From Mytilus trossulus (taxonomy: Eukaryota): a stretch of DNA of 64,000 nucleotides. The stretch is from the NCBI RefSeq assembly GCF_036588685.1, contig NC_086382.1, forward strand, positions 39,060,001-39,124,000, read 5' to 3'. Below the pieces are notes generated by a model that saw only the letters and a program-made list of their open reading frames with translations, had not been told where the DNA came from and made no database searches. The translations under genes were made by a program, and so were the position numbers. Positions within the stretch are counted from its first letter, which is position 1; each line of letters begins with the position of its first letter. Shown piece after piece: positions 1-13,246 of this stretch.

Positions 1-307
1 TTTGCGATTTAGACTACTGCTTGGCAAATTATATAGCATTTGAATTGTGGTTATTCTTTTTGTTTAAATTAAGTCCGCATGCTGACCTCTATTACATTAT
101 TCTTTCATAGGGTTGATGTCTGATTATCATTCCTATATTGACTAACGAGAATGTGTCGCCAGGCGGTTAATGTTTGTGTTTTCAGCCATATTCTACCCAA
201 AAGATCTTGACTAAAGGCATATATAAAGCCCGTTTATTGTCTACGAGCATTTGAATAAAAGTGTGTCCATTGACTAATAGTGGATGCATACGTATTTAAT
301 GGACGTG

Positions 308-502
308 AACGAGTCTGCTTACCCTTCTGGAGAACCTGAGATCACTCCAAGTTTTTGGTGGAGTTCGTGTTGATTTAGTTTTCTATGTTATGTACTATTA
401 TTTGGATGCTTGTCTTTTTATTTTTAGTCATGGCGTTGCCAGTTATTTTTTTTTATATCTATGAGTTTAACTCTCCCTTTGGTATCTTTCGTCCCTCTTT
501 TT
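308..502 (+). repeat. Interspersed repeat (short retroelement-tail family)
   Basis: Block ...catggcgttg.cagttta...tatgagtt...ggtatctttcgtccctctttt recurs at ~17460-17571, 19845-20210 (-), 48230-48410, 57670-57815, 58770-58832 and 63455-63625 (-). Confidence 0.75.
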
Positions 503-1756
503 TAACCAGCTATATATTTGACTTTTAGTCAAACCCCTATGCTTCTACCCCTATAACTTTACTGATCATAAAGCATAATTAGGTAAATGACTAAAATGCT
601 TTTTGTAAAATATCATATGCAATATAAAATTAATTTTACAGTGTTTCTTAAACTGCTTTTCTAGACAGTTAAGGGGCAACTTTCATCTAAGAAGTTGTTA
701 ATGCACTGTCTGGCTCCTTCACCTTTAGGGTTGTAATTGATAAAAGATTTTTAAAAATGAAATAGAAATTACTTTACATTTTCCTAGTTGTTGCTTGAAT
801 ACCTGTTTTGTCTCGTGTCGTAACTAATAATTTTCTAAAGAAATATATGGCATTTAATTGAAGTTTGATAATTTTCTTTATTTCAAAAAGGTCTATTTCC
901 GTTTATTATGCTTCAAAGTTTAAACATTTGAAAATTGTTCCTGGATCTTACACGCACTTAACAATCAACCATTTAAATAGGTTAAGCAATCTTTTCCCAG
1001 TTCTTGGCGTTGAAAGAATTGTCCTTGGAAACTACATGTCTTTTTTTAGGATTGAGGGGCAAATATACATCGAATAATTTTTGGCATCTGGAAATCAAAA
1101 ATAGTATCACGCCACTATTTGATTGACGTTTTCAAAAGTGCAGTTAATTTTTTAATTGGTCAGGATTGAACCTTTGACATTTTGCATAGTCCATTAATGT
1201 TACAAATCGTATATAGCCACGTCTTACTCTTTAAGATATTCAATCCACTCAAAGCTACGATTGATAGAATGTTTTCTTAATTCTAAATAATCGTTACGGT
1301 AAACATTAAGGGGACACATGAAGTCATCGTTGCATCGCTTTCAATCACATGGGTGCAGCCAATAACCAAAGTCAAATTAAACAGTCAACACGATATAAAA
1401 ATTAATTCAGAAGATAAGTTACCAACAGCTCACTATACAACAAAGAAATACCTGGTTGGCAACAAAGGACTCAACAAAACCCGTTAGCATTCTTTAGCTC
1501 TATGATAGGATAATCGGTTTCTGCTCCACTAATAGCCTCGTTGTTTTTATTTCTAGTTCCAAATAAGATAGCAGATTATGCTTGACATAACCAAGGAAAC
1601 AACATTACCACTTCAACTGAAACATCAACTAGTTTTTACATCAATTATTATTAAAATGGCTTGACTCGTCAATTTATATAATACACCTCACGTGCACTAG
1701 GATTTAAATGATTGATCTGTGTATTTTGGGTTCATGTAATGTATATACATTTTAAT

Positions 1757-1925
1757 ATACAACTCGTCTAAACATCAACCCAACAATGTTAGATCTGTAA
1801 ATTTGCTTTCACAAATTTTATGTTCTTCCCTCGCCGGGATTCGAACCCAGACTACTAAGATAATCTAACACCAAATCGCCTGCACTGTAACCGTCCCGCT
1901 AGACCACACGACCACCTGGGCTTCA
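1757..1925 (-). mobile_element. tRNA-derived SINE-like element
   Basis: Minus strand has Pol III A box TGGTCTAGCGG (1896-1906) and B box GGTTCGAATCC (1837-1847); near-identical copies at 24218 and 24399. Confidence 0.75.
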
Positions 1926-4056
1926 CCTTTTAATATATATGTACTCAAGATACAATTGGCACCAATAAATTTTTTTTTATTTTGTATGATGTGGGTTCAC
2001 TTTCAGAAAGTATTGATATTTACCGTTTCAAGTGGCTTAACATTTAGTGGAAACCCTTCTTATTTTTTTAAACGATCAGTTTAGCTGTCGAGCATTTAGA
2101 TGGGGAAAATAAGAACTTATTTTGAGTATTCAACTCCCCCTTTGGTTTTCTATTACGTATCCTTGACTGTTTACAAAACGATCACACACATGATGAATTT
2201 GTGCACCTAAAAAAATTGAATCAAAACATGGATTCAAGCTATAAAACATCTTTGGTAACCCCTATAAAACAAATTCATGACTCGGGAATAAGGTTACGGT
2301 CAATGTGAAAGTCGAATCGCTAGGACAAAATTTAACGTCAATCTTAAATAACGTCCAACAGGCAATTAGCAAAATCGAGTGTAATTTGATAGAAAAAAAC
2401 ATTAAAACGAACAAATTTATGAAATTTAAAGGTATAGCAAATCATTTGTTTCACAAAATGATGATGTTTTTTCTTGGTTTTGAGCGATTTAACTTTCCAT
2501 ATTAAGGTAGAACTACAATCAGAATTTTCTGACTCCAATCAACAGTCTATAAAGATCAATTTCTCCAAAACTACTCAATGGATTTTTAAAATCTTTACTC
2601 ATTTTAAAGCTGAAATATAACTCTTTCTTGATTTATATATGAATTCATTTTTAGTTTGATTAATCTCAAAATATAGCTTATTAATTGCCCAAAAAGTGGT
2701 CTTCCAACTTGGATGAAAATGGCACATTCATGTCAAATGAAAGTAAAATTTTGTTTTCATCCCTGTAATTCACCATATACAATCTCCAAAACCGTGTCTC
2801 AGATTTTTGATATATGCCTACAGTAAGAAGATATATTGATTTAACTGCTGGGTGCCAAACCTCATTTCACCTTTCATCTTTGGAAACCTATAAATTCATA
2901 TAGAAACAAATTATCCAAAAACCGGGACACGATATTGTAGAAAATATACCCTTCAATCATATATATCAAAGTCAAGCCAAAGGGGGTACCCATAAAGTTT
3001 CTACTTTCATTTTTTCCTTGTAATTTTCATGAAAAATTGTTCTGAGAAATGACCTAAAAACTGAATTTTCCTCTGAGAACCCCCATAAAGTCTATAAAAA
3101 TACAGACGTTCCACTGGGAACACCACAGGAGTGTTCTGATACCATTACTATATCAATAGAACCACACACTTTGTGTCTTTAATGCTCTAATACTGTAAAT
3201 TTTGCATTATATTTGAACTGTCCAACATCAACTTGGCATTTGGCGGGAGTTTGACGTCACAGATCTGACCAACATCTGTGATGAAGTAATTAAAAACAGA
3301 CAAAGCTCCGCCTCTTTCCAGACAGTCTCAGATAAGAGAAAAAACATGATTGACCAGCTGCATTTATCAATGTTTAACATCATTATTCTCTATATATAAA
3401 GAATAGTTTTCATTTGAATTTTAAAAAAGAATTAAAGTAAAACTATGTCTGAAATTAGCTAATACATTGAAAGTGTGCATCAAAAAACATGTTGATAAAA
3501 AGATCAACCCATCCTTTTCTTGAAAATACATTTAATTTAATATGGGACTGAAAAAATACAAATTAACTAAAAATTAGTTAAAATTCATAAAACTGTATTT
3601 AATAAATGAAGAAGACCAAAGAGAAGAAATTGATACAGGCAGTCAGAGGCTTTCAAAACTACTTCCCCACTCTTTTCCATAGTACTATTTTTCCTTTTTG
3701 GTAGATTTTTTCCCTATAGTTTTTTTTTCTTTTTCTTTGTTCACTTCCATGTTATATAAATAATTTTTGTTTCAAAACAATGAGATAGTACTACAATTTT
3801 TATCTTGTGGTCATCAATTAACAGCTGGACACTGCTATCAACAAATGATTGACATATTAGCCCTCCCAAATGCCTATATATTTAGATTAATTACCATGTG
3901 CTTTTATTTACATAAATTCATTATCAATTTACTCCCTGTTGTGATATGATAATGATTTTGGGATTTTTACAAACTGTGCAGAATAATACTTACTCTAGAA
4001 ATATGTGATAAAAAAAAAAAACCAAAAAATCATTGTTAGACTGTAGTGCTACCTTA

Positions 4057-4310
4057 GTTTAAACATATTTATTTATAGTGGATTGGGAAACAAGTTTTAC
4101 AACTTATATTAATCCCTTTCCACTTTGCGGGTGCGAGTGCTGCCTTGTAGCGGCGTTAGCCTACTCTTTTTCGAAATCTACAAGGGTGTCTTTAACGTGC
4201 AAGAGATATGGCTCTCTCTTAACACGGGCCAGCCATTTATCGTCCCCGTCCGACGGACTATCATCGTTTCCTCAAGACCATACTCGCAAATGGTGTCAAG
4301 GGAGAGCCGG
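4057..4310 (-). mobile_element. Deu/Nin-domain-like SINE, 5' truncated
   Basis: Minus strand reads GGACGATAAATGG..CCCGTGT...GCACGTTAAAGACACCC...TTCGAAAAAGAGTAGG, resembling the recalled Deu/Nin core; GC-richer than flanks. Confidence 0.55.
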
Positions 4311-4831
4311 GGAATTCAGAAATATTGCAATGTATAAAAAAGTGATGACCCAATTGTTTTCTTTTTGTATTATGGACGCATATTGTAAGAGGTATTTTCT
4401 CAAACTTTTTAGTTTAAAATTCTAACATTAAGTTATTTTTGTTTTCGTCGCGTTTCGATGCTTTTTCTCTGTATAAGTTTTGCAAAATGTGCAGTTTTTT
4501 GTGTCACATACCATTTCATATTATATAAGAATATACCAATGATTTCTGGTTTTAACTAGTGTCATCGGATATGTAAGTGATCAGTACAATGTTATAAAAA
4601 GTATGGAAAACGGAGATAATGTCATGATCTCTAGTACATTTCGTTATAACTATAAAACTATAAAACTTAAAAATCATTTTTCCTTGAGACAATATTGGAA
4701 GAATAATTATCCATTACATTATATTCGTTATATCGTTTTGAATATAATACTGTTCACATCAAATAATTATTATTGATATATACATAGTGCATTAAACAAT
4801 GCCAAAAATTAAGAAAAGGAGACAGGGTTTC

Positions 4832-4872
4832 AATAAATATTTCGGAAAACAGATGTCCTTCATCAGAATGAT
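4832..4872 (-). ncRNA. Candidate degenerate minimal hammerhead (Penelope-type)
   Basis: Minus strand CTGATGA-a-GGA catctgttt TCC-GAAA-tatt-TA; same family as 23683-23720; stem I weak. Confidence 0.4.
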
Positions 4873-6209
4873 ATTAAATGAATCTTATCAAAGTTTAAAC
4901 TTTCCTGATTCGCCTAAAAATATATGGAACGTAATGAAATTAGAACCACGCTTTATAATGAAAAAGTTCGGATTGATTTAGTATTTACAACAGAGGCTAT
5001 GAATTTGCGTAAACAAATTAAAGCTGCATAAGTTGTAGCACTTTCAAAATATTTAGATATAAAGAATTGGGTACTTCAAAACTATCTCGATGTCTTGATG
5101 ATTAAAGATGTTCCATGCGTAGCTGTTGATCAAATGTCTTTGATTATCCGGTCATTTTGATTTTTGCTTAAAACTTTTTGAAATTACTACTAACTCGAAT
5201 ATTTTATTTTCTATTAGCTCGACACAATTATATTACAACTGAAATTAATGATTCATGAAAAAATCATGATATGGAATGCAAGCTGTTGAACGAATCAATT
5301 GGAAGATATTTGTCCTATATAAAGGAGCTGTTGAAATGTTGGTACACACAAATGGAAAGTAAATACGTTCGCGAAGATACAAGGCAGACTTAATTGTATC
5401 GATCTGTCGTATGATTTATTTCAATAACGATTAGATAGTTCTTCATAGTCATCAAACTTTGAATTATATAGTGAGAGGAGATCATGTCTATAAAGGAAAG
5501 TGATGTTAAATGATGATGCCATCTTACTTGATCCCCTTTTCATGTTTAAGGAAGCATGGATAATACTGTGCATTCTTTTATAAATGTCATCATTGACACG
5601 TTAGCCGAAAAACTTGTAGATTACTTAACTTCACAGGATCACTTAATGTAATGTTAAATATTATGTGAACTCATAGTCGGTTCACATTGACAACAAGAAT
5701 TCACCGTCCATTTGCTTAATCGTTTTGATCATTGAACTAACTGAATCTTATGTAATGAATTGAGAGAAAAAAATAACAGTTTATGTCCTCCGTTATGGAA
5801 AAACTTGATCATTTTACCATTTTACGTCAAATATGACCTTTCTACATATTGTATATGAGTTATATATATGATGTTACCTGTAAAATAAATATGCGGAAGT
5901 TTTATGAATATTTGCGCGCAATTGTAAAACAATATTGTATTCCATAATGCACGCTAATTCAATGGCATAATTCTCTTTTTAATACTGGGGTACAGCTAAG
6001 TTGTAATTTGACCTACTGTTGAACTTAAATTTTTTTATTATGATTGTTACTGCTCTTTTTTGTTTATTTTCAGTAATACAGAACTCGAAAAGATTATTTG
6101 TTGGATAATACTGTATTCTGATGACTGTAAAAGTAATCAAGATTTGATTTCAATTCATTTTAGAAAGTAATTAGTTCATACTTCTATATCTATTTTTTAT
6201 TTGTTACAG

Positions 6210-6607
6210 TGGCAATGACAGCCTGTGTATCGTTAACAAGTACGAAACCTAGTGGTTCTATTGTAAAGTTTGATGAAATAAGAACTGTTGTCGGTGTAAA
6301 GAACATATCCTCATTTCTTTCAAGTGGACTGTTCACCAATGAAGTTGAAGGGCTCTACCTCGTATCTGTGAGGATCCATACAACTACTAATTATGGCTAT
6401 TTTCGTGTCTACAAAAATCAAATGGTTATGGGCAACACCATTTTTAATTATATCAATCCTTCTAGTATAGGTATAATTGAAAACACAGGCACTGTCGTTG
6501 TAGCTGTAGAACTTCAAATTGGGGATACAGTGAGAATTCAAACTGAAAGATCAATGTACATGAGATCTGGTATAGATTCTTGTTTAACCATAGCTAAATT
6601 AAACTAG
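6210..6607 (+). CDS. C1q-domain-containing protein, terminal globular gC1q exon
   Basis: Acceptor ttgttacAG at 6208-6209; motifs IVKFD, GLFT..VEGLYLVS, FRVYKN, VELQIGDTVRI, SCLTIAKL; stop 6605-6607; AATAAA at 6738. Upstream exon(s) not identified. Confidence 0.85.
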
Positions 6608-6886
6608 GCGTTGAATATTCAGGTATGAGATTAAGTTAAAGTTATATAAATTCTTTACCAAACAAATGACATCTCAGACTAAAACAGTTGTTAGTAACAA
6701 ATCACAGTCATTCTGCAACCATATTCTAGCTACTACAAATAAAACATTAAAGTGTAGGAAGAATTGATATCATCGAATAAAGTTATGTCCCGTTAATGTG
6801 CTTGCACTAACTACCAATAGTGAGTACTTTCTTTAGTAATTATATCTAATAACTTTGTTTGTCATTTGGAATTTATAATAATGTCG

Positions 6887-7008
6887 AAAAAAGTAAAATC
6901 ACAAAAATACTGAACTCCAAGTAAATTCAAATCTGAAAGTCCATTATCAAATGGAAATATCAAATGATAAAACACATCACCCGAATGGACAACAACTGTC
7001 ATATTATA
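6887..7008 (+). repeat. Interspersed repeat
   Basis: aaaaagtaaaatcacaaaaatactgaactcc...aaagtcc.t.atcaaatgg...aaacacatca...acaactgtcatatt; related copies ~33130-33255 (-), 39005-39090, 56840-56925, 62270-62345. Confidence 0.65.
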
Positions 7009-8405
7009 CTTTTTATAGTTTCTGCTAAATAATTGTTTCACTTTTAATGCTCTGAGTGATTTAGTACTTGTATAAAAAAATATATATAATGCTTGAAGTA
7101 TTTTTATTTCATAAAGGGCATTTACTGTCAAATTTCTGTTCACCGATTTGACTGACATTTTCACATCTTATCTATAATATACTGAAACGTATATCCAGAT
7201 AACAAAAATCTGAAATATATATTTCACAAATACATAGCCTCAATAGTATGTATTAGCATTCCGTGTGTTTTTTTGTCTAGATGTCATATAATAAACCATC
7301 GAGATGGCATCAGAAACTGCTGACAGTCCTATAATCTGACAAATACATATAAATAGGTAACAACCATGTGTAATTGGAAATTCTATCACTTTGATTTTTA
7401 ATTGAAGGTTGCATTTTGTAAAGGCATACTTCCAGTGGAAGATATATATAATATTCATAGATAATTTGTTTTGTTAACCTATTGGTTCCCAGCTATGATC
7501 TCTATGTTTCATTTCAACTAGCCATAATCTGCGAATGTTAATCGTTTAGAAACAAATGGTAGCGGCGAAAATTGAATTCTGAGCAGAACAAAAGTGCAGG
7601 TATGAGTAGTACATTTTTTTGTATAAGTTTTAACTTTAGAAGCTTTAAATGTGAAAAGATACCGCACTTCCCTATATTTTGACCTTTGAATAAAATAGAT
7701 AGCATATCAACTATCCATTCTAGAATGTTATTTTAAACGAGCCCTCGTAGCAAAATTAAAGTGATCCAGTTTCAGCTGAAAGGGGGTAAAAGTGCAACTT
7801 GTAGGTTAACGAGTATGTTTAATATCGTTTTTATCTGTATAAGAATGATTTTTTTTATCAAACAGTCAACCAAATGTTTCATCCTTGTTTCACTTTCAAT
7901 GTTTACATGCTTTTCCTTTATATAGTTGAATACATGCGTTGCCCATCTCCAGCTCAAGGGTTAAATTAAAGGTCACATACATACGATTTCAATGAGGTCG
8001 AAGTGTTCACTTGCAAGGGAATAATTCATCAGCGTTGTTTCTTATCTTATTTTGACAAAATCAAGACTTAAACTGGCTTCTAAAAGCTAACTGTTATTTC
8101 ACTCTATCACTTTCATAAATGATTACTAAAAAGGCTGATGTTTTACTATCGCATACAATGCAGCAATTATAAAACAATAAGCACTGCACTTTAAAACTGA
8201 TTGTTGACCTCTAGTATTTTTTCGGTCATTTGTGTTGGTACCTCATCATCGTATCTGTATTTGATACATGCAATTAATTAACAGTTAATGTTTTAGTTTT
8301 TAGCTATGTTCTACCACCATGACTGACCATACAATATAGAACAAAAATGCTAAATGGCTTTTCTGTAAATATTTAAGGTACTTTCATTAAAGAATTGAAT
8401 GTTTT

Positions 8406-8530
8406 TTTTTGTAACTTCATTGGGGTGTAAAAGCGTTGACCAAAGTACATTTTGTATGAAGCGCGGTAGCGCTTCATTCTATAATGAGTGCAGGGTCAAC
8501 GCTTTTACAACCCTTTTAAAGTTACAAAAA
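8406..8530. repeat. Long foldback palindrome (probable palindromic MITE core)
   Basis: ttttgtaactt...tgtaaaagcgttgacc...atgaagcgc ggta gcgcttcat...ggtcaacgcttttaca...aagttacaaaa is self-complementary about the ggta loop. Confidence 0.75.
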
Positions 8531-10046
8531 GACATTTTCAATACTTATGATTACATTTTTTAGGTATGATCATGAAAACACGATTTTTATCAAGTTTTTA
8601 TTTAGTTTACCTCTGCATTTTATTGTGAGACCTCGTGTTATTATGAATTTTGAATGATAATTTTATTGTGTAATGAAGTAGATTTAGGAATAACGCGAGA
8701 TTGCAAAATTGTAGCCAATTACAACAACGTATTATAATGACACTTACAACTTATGTAATTATTTGTTTGAACAATTGAAGACAGTAGAAGTAGATTTTTT
8801 AAAACAGTCAATTTTCTTTATCTTCTTCTTTTGGCAGTACTATAGTAACCTTACTTTCATACAATAAGCATTGTCCTGCCATTCTGAAACTTGTGCCAAA
8901 TACAATGGCTGACTTGGCAGAATACTACAATCAATACAGTTTAACAGTACTGTTGACACCACCACTATTTAGTTCATAGCTATGAAGAAATATTATGTTA
9001 TGCGAGGCAAATTACATTAATTGTAAATAATAGGCGATGTGTGTTTATCATCAAGGAGACACTTCACCTTACCGTTGGCCTTAATTACATGTAATCACTA
9101 AAAGGGCAATAAAAAACTGAAGTCGATTTAAACAGTCAAAACCATATAAAAATAACACCGACGATAAGACAGAAACAGTTCTTATACTACACAAACACCT
9201 TATGGTTTGGAAACATGGAACTGAACAAACACTGATGTTAACATTGTACTCTCGGGTACGGTATACAGTTCCTGCTCACTGCTGATATCCACAGTATTAA
9301 TATGTATAGTATAATAACTTAGTCTATGTTAAAATACATTTGGTAATGTCATACACGTAATCTTTGATTGTTTTGCATAGATGACATATGTTACAGGATT
9401 GCTAATTCAATTAAGTATTTGCGCTATAATCTAATAAAACTAATATAAAGGCGAAACACCTCATCTAGTCCACATCAAAAACAGTAATCGATATTATTGT
9501 AGAGCAATATAATATTTCATTACGTCGTCGGATCTCTTTATTACAGAACTTGAATTATTTTCGATTGGGGCTGTTTTGCTGAGTGAATTCACATTGCTAT
9601 AAGAAGTAGCACGGTACTTTTCCATCCTAAATTCATGTATTTAACTTTGATGTTCTATTTGTTATACTCATCAGATTTTGTCAAATGTCTTAACGTTTTT
9701 AGTTGCAAATCTCTTTTTTTCTGTTGTACTCGTGTGTTATGTAATATAAATAATCATCCAGTCCTTTAATTAGATTTAAATTTTGGTCAACGCAATTTAT
9801 AATATATATTATGTTTACAGTTTGATTCAGAAGAAACACCGACATAGCTAGATAATACAATTAGTTATCTAATTACTAGCACATTTTGTTTTTAATTAGT
9901 ATTGTAATTTTCATTGTTATTAATAAACGTATATAAGTCTTACAAATCTAATCTTTAATTCTTTCCATATTCTTTCTTATTTATTTGAAATCGTTATAGA
10001 AATTCATATGTGACGTCACCTTGTGCGTGGACCTTGCTTTTGCTAA

Positions 10047-10220
10047 CTCGGATGTTCTTATCCCAGGCAGATAACCCTAGCCGTATTGGTCACAATTTTT
10101 TGGAACTTTTGGTCCTCAGTGCTCTTCAACTTTATGCTTTGTTTAAGCTTTCATACTTTTTTTTTATCTAAGCGTCACTGGTTAGTCTTGTGTGGACGAA
10201 ACGTACATCTCACGAATACA
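10047..10220 (+). mobile_element. Degenerate retrozyme-family copy
   Basis: Aligns to 47230-47455; hammerhead core mutated (gcgtca CTGGTTA gtcttgtgtggac GAAA). Confidence 0.65.
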
Positions 10221-10863
10221 TTTTTTAACCTGATACCTTTTGTTCGCTTTAATTCGTGTGTTGCGATGTCCTATATTTCTCCCATTTATTTGCATTGTAG
10301 CCCTATCATGTAATAGTATCATTTTTATGCTATATTCAATATTGCCACTTAAGCGGGGGGTTTGTCATGCCACAAAACCAGGTTCAACCAACCATTTTTT
10401 CATTAAAATGTCCTGTACCAAGTCAGGAAAATGGCCAATGTTATATTATAGTTCGTTTCTCTGTGTGTTACATTCTAATGTTGTGTTTCTGTTGTGTAGT
10501 AGTTTTCTTATACTTGATGCGTTTCCTCATCTTTAGTGTAACCCGGATTTGTTTTTTTTTTCTATCAATTTATAAATTTCGAATAGCAGTATAATGCTGT
10601 TGCCTTTATTTACAACAACAACAACGAAAACATTACATTAATTAAATAACATAATACCTCACAATATTTGGTGTGTGTGAATCTATAATTCATTAAGTTA
10701 TCATGCAATGTTAAGTCTTTGTTAGTATTAAAAACATTGAGATCACAATAGACGGACGCGTATTATCTGTCTTTTCTTTGTCCCTCCTTGTGTAATCTTG
10801 TATGGTGTTTCAATAGTTGTTTTATAATTGGTGAAAATAGAACACATATTTTGAAATTTGTTA

Positions 10864-11593
10864 TTATTCTAATGGTTTAAGGCTTCTTGGTAAGATTCCA
10901 GAGACGGCTTTACGTCTAGTATGGGAACTTCGCTTTTTGTAGCCAGACCTACTTGTCATTAACCGAGCAACAGCACTTTTAGTTAATTGACTTAATTGAG
11001 TTTCTTGTCGCCTTAATGACATTGCGAACTCTTCCGGATAGTCGAGATCATCCATGTTTTTCTTTCGAACTTGAAACATATGTCCATTTTTCATAACTTT
11101 AGAAAGCTTTGGTTTTATTAATTTGTCTCTGTTCATGTCTATCGTTGGGTGCATGATTCTTTGAAGTTCGTCAGATATATATCTGTTTGTAGTCTCAATA
11201 CACGTTGAACAGGATGCCGGACCAAGAACTTCACAAAAGTCATGGCCCTTTTGACATTTTTGGGGGTTTGAAAGAGACGGGTATGAGTTAACTTTGATTA
11301 AACTTGGGCCTTCTTGTGTATCGCTCATTTCAACTATGTCTTCCCTGGTGTCTGGGCGTGGCATCCCATATCCTGGATGCGTTTTCGGTGTCGGAGCTTT
11401 ATAAAAATGCCTCATAATAACGTTTTCAAATTTGGTCTGATTATTTTCACGGAGGTGCGTCTTTAAAATATATTCTCTTTCCAACTTTTGCTCGATATTG
11501 TTGGTTGAAATAAACCTGTCGCCGATAGTCGGCTTGTCACGGAATTGCATATCTTTCCCGGCAATATTTTCTTGAGTAATAGAATAAAGAGAT
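10864..11593 (-). CDS. Orphan basic protein (364 aa spliced), last coding exon
   Basis: Minus-strand acceptor ctaatttcAG (11594-11595); phase 2 matches the donor at 12881; 730-nt open exon containing CQKGHDFC...CSTC. Confidence 0.75.
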
Positions 11594-11810
11594 CTGAAAT
11601 TAGACAAGGGCACTGTATTACAAATATAATTACACAAAATTGCAAAAAATATTCTCACTCATGACAAAAATGATATTTTTTTAATCTTGTAGTCTATAAG
11701 TGTTTTATTGGTATATTTTATTTAGTTTCTCTTTACCTTTGTGATTAATAAATCATATGAGAGATCGCCTAAACTATATAAGATATCTTATAAACTATAT
11801 ATGATATCTG

Positions 11811-12462
11811 AAGTCCGGTCACACCTTACCGGAAAGCACGAACGGACGACTAACGGATGAAAATAAAAGTTGTCCGTGGACAAAATTGTTATCCGTTGGG
11901 AGTCTGTTGATGTGCTGACCAAATAAAACGGACGTGTAACGAATGCATAACAGACACATGCCTATTATTGGTATGTCAGATTTCTTAAGGTTCATGAATA
12001 GTTCTTTTTATTCACAATCGATCTTAGAGTAAGGGCACGTCTTCACAATTAAGCAGCTCTTATTCAGGCCAGACACTGTCCTTTGGCGCCATTTTGAAGA
12101 ACAAACTAAAACAAGATACACAGAAACATTTTGAATATTTATGCGATTTACATGTATTATTATTGTCGCCTTTAATTTTTCCGTATATCTTGTTCATCCG
12201 TTCTATCCGGTACGCTTCCGTTAGGTGTGCGTTTTATGCTGTAGTCGTCCGTTGGATGTACGTTCGACATTCGTTCTGTCCGGTACGTTTCCGTTTCTTG
12301 TACGTTGAATATCCAGTGTGTGTCCATTATGCATTCGTTACACGTCCCTTTTATTCGGTCAGTACATCAACGGATGAGATAACATTTTTTTCAACGGGCA
12401 ACTTTTATTTGCATCCGTCAGGCGTCCGTTCGTGCTATCTGATAAGGTGTGACTGAGGCTTA
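11811..12462. mobile_element. MITE with ~80-bp terminal inverted repeats (PIF/Harbinger-like)
   Basis: 5' ggtcacaccttaccggaaagcacgaacggacg...ggatgaaaataaaagttg mirrors 3' caacttttatttgcatcc...cgtccgttcgtgctatctgataaggtgtgac; second end-like motif to ~12505; intronic. Confidence 0.75.
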
Positions 12463-12504
12463 AGGCATTCGTTCGAGCTATCCGTTCAGGTGTGACCGAG
12501 GCTT

Positions 12505-12630
12505 TATAAACTTTATAAGATATCTTATGATATAAACTATATAAGATAGCTTATTATATAAACTATATAAGTTATCCTCTAATACAAACTATATAAGATA
12601 TCTTATAAACTATACGACATATCTTATAAT
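12505..12630 (+). repeat. ~21-24 bp minisatellite (taaactatataagatatctta)
   Basis: About five units here and two at 11770-11810, separated by the MITE. Confidence 0.75.
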
Positions 12631-12881
12631 TTTTGTACCAATGTGAAAAATATCACAGATCTAGAGAGAACCAATACCCACCAAAAATCCGTTAATATCT
12701 CAGAGATAATGACACGGGCCTTTATTTCCCTTTTTTTTGTTGTTCTATTTCTATTTATTATTTATACGCGATTAATACGTACGCGGTTTTGAAACAGAGC
12801 AGTTAACATCGTTTACTCTATATATGTAAGCTAAAAAGAAACCACACCTATTTCTTATATTAGATTGACCACAATAATTAC

Positions 12882-13246
12882 TTTTTGTCTAAAAGGTTGT
12901 GTCTAGCTTTAGTCTTTTTCTTAGGCGTATATTCTTCTTGTACCTTCTGTCCATCTGTCTGTTCCCAGAAAGACCCAGATGACTGTCGTCGTCCTAAACT
13001 TTTACTAGAACTTTCACGAAAAATGTTTTCCTTTTCTCCAAGCTGAAGAAGTCCAACTGATGAACGACGCCTCTTGTTGACGTACTGTTCTAAGTTATTT
13101 AAGTCGCTAGGTGCAAATATTTGGTTCGTTGATCCCCGTCTCCGTAGGTAAGCTTCCACTCCAGGAAGTTTGTCCACTTGTTTTTTTCTATTTGTTACTC
13201 GTGTGCGTGCAGAAGACACACTTGCATTGCTGTTGGTATCAGACAT
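12882..13246 (-). CDS. Orphan basic protein, first coding exon
   Basis: ATG at 13246; donor AA|GTAATT at 12881; 365+730 nt = 364 aa plus stop; acceptor at 13313-13314 and upstream donor G|GTAAG (13619) imply a 5' UTR exon. Confidence 0.75.

Noticed and set aside
4078-4425. 115-aa ORF
   Set aside because: Overlaps an antisense SINE; no recognisable protein features.
6074-6112. Possible small upstream C1q exon
   Set aside because: Acceptor-like ttttcag is present, but no convincing donor or in-phase frame.
12094-12456. 120-aa ORF
   Set aside because: Lies inside a MITE; no transposase motifs.
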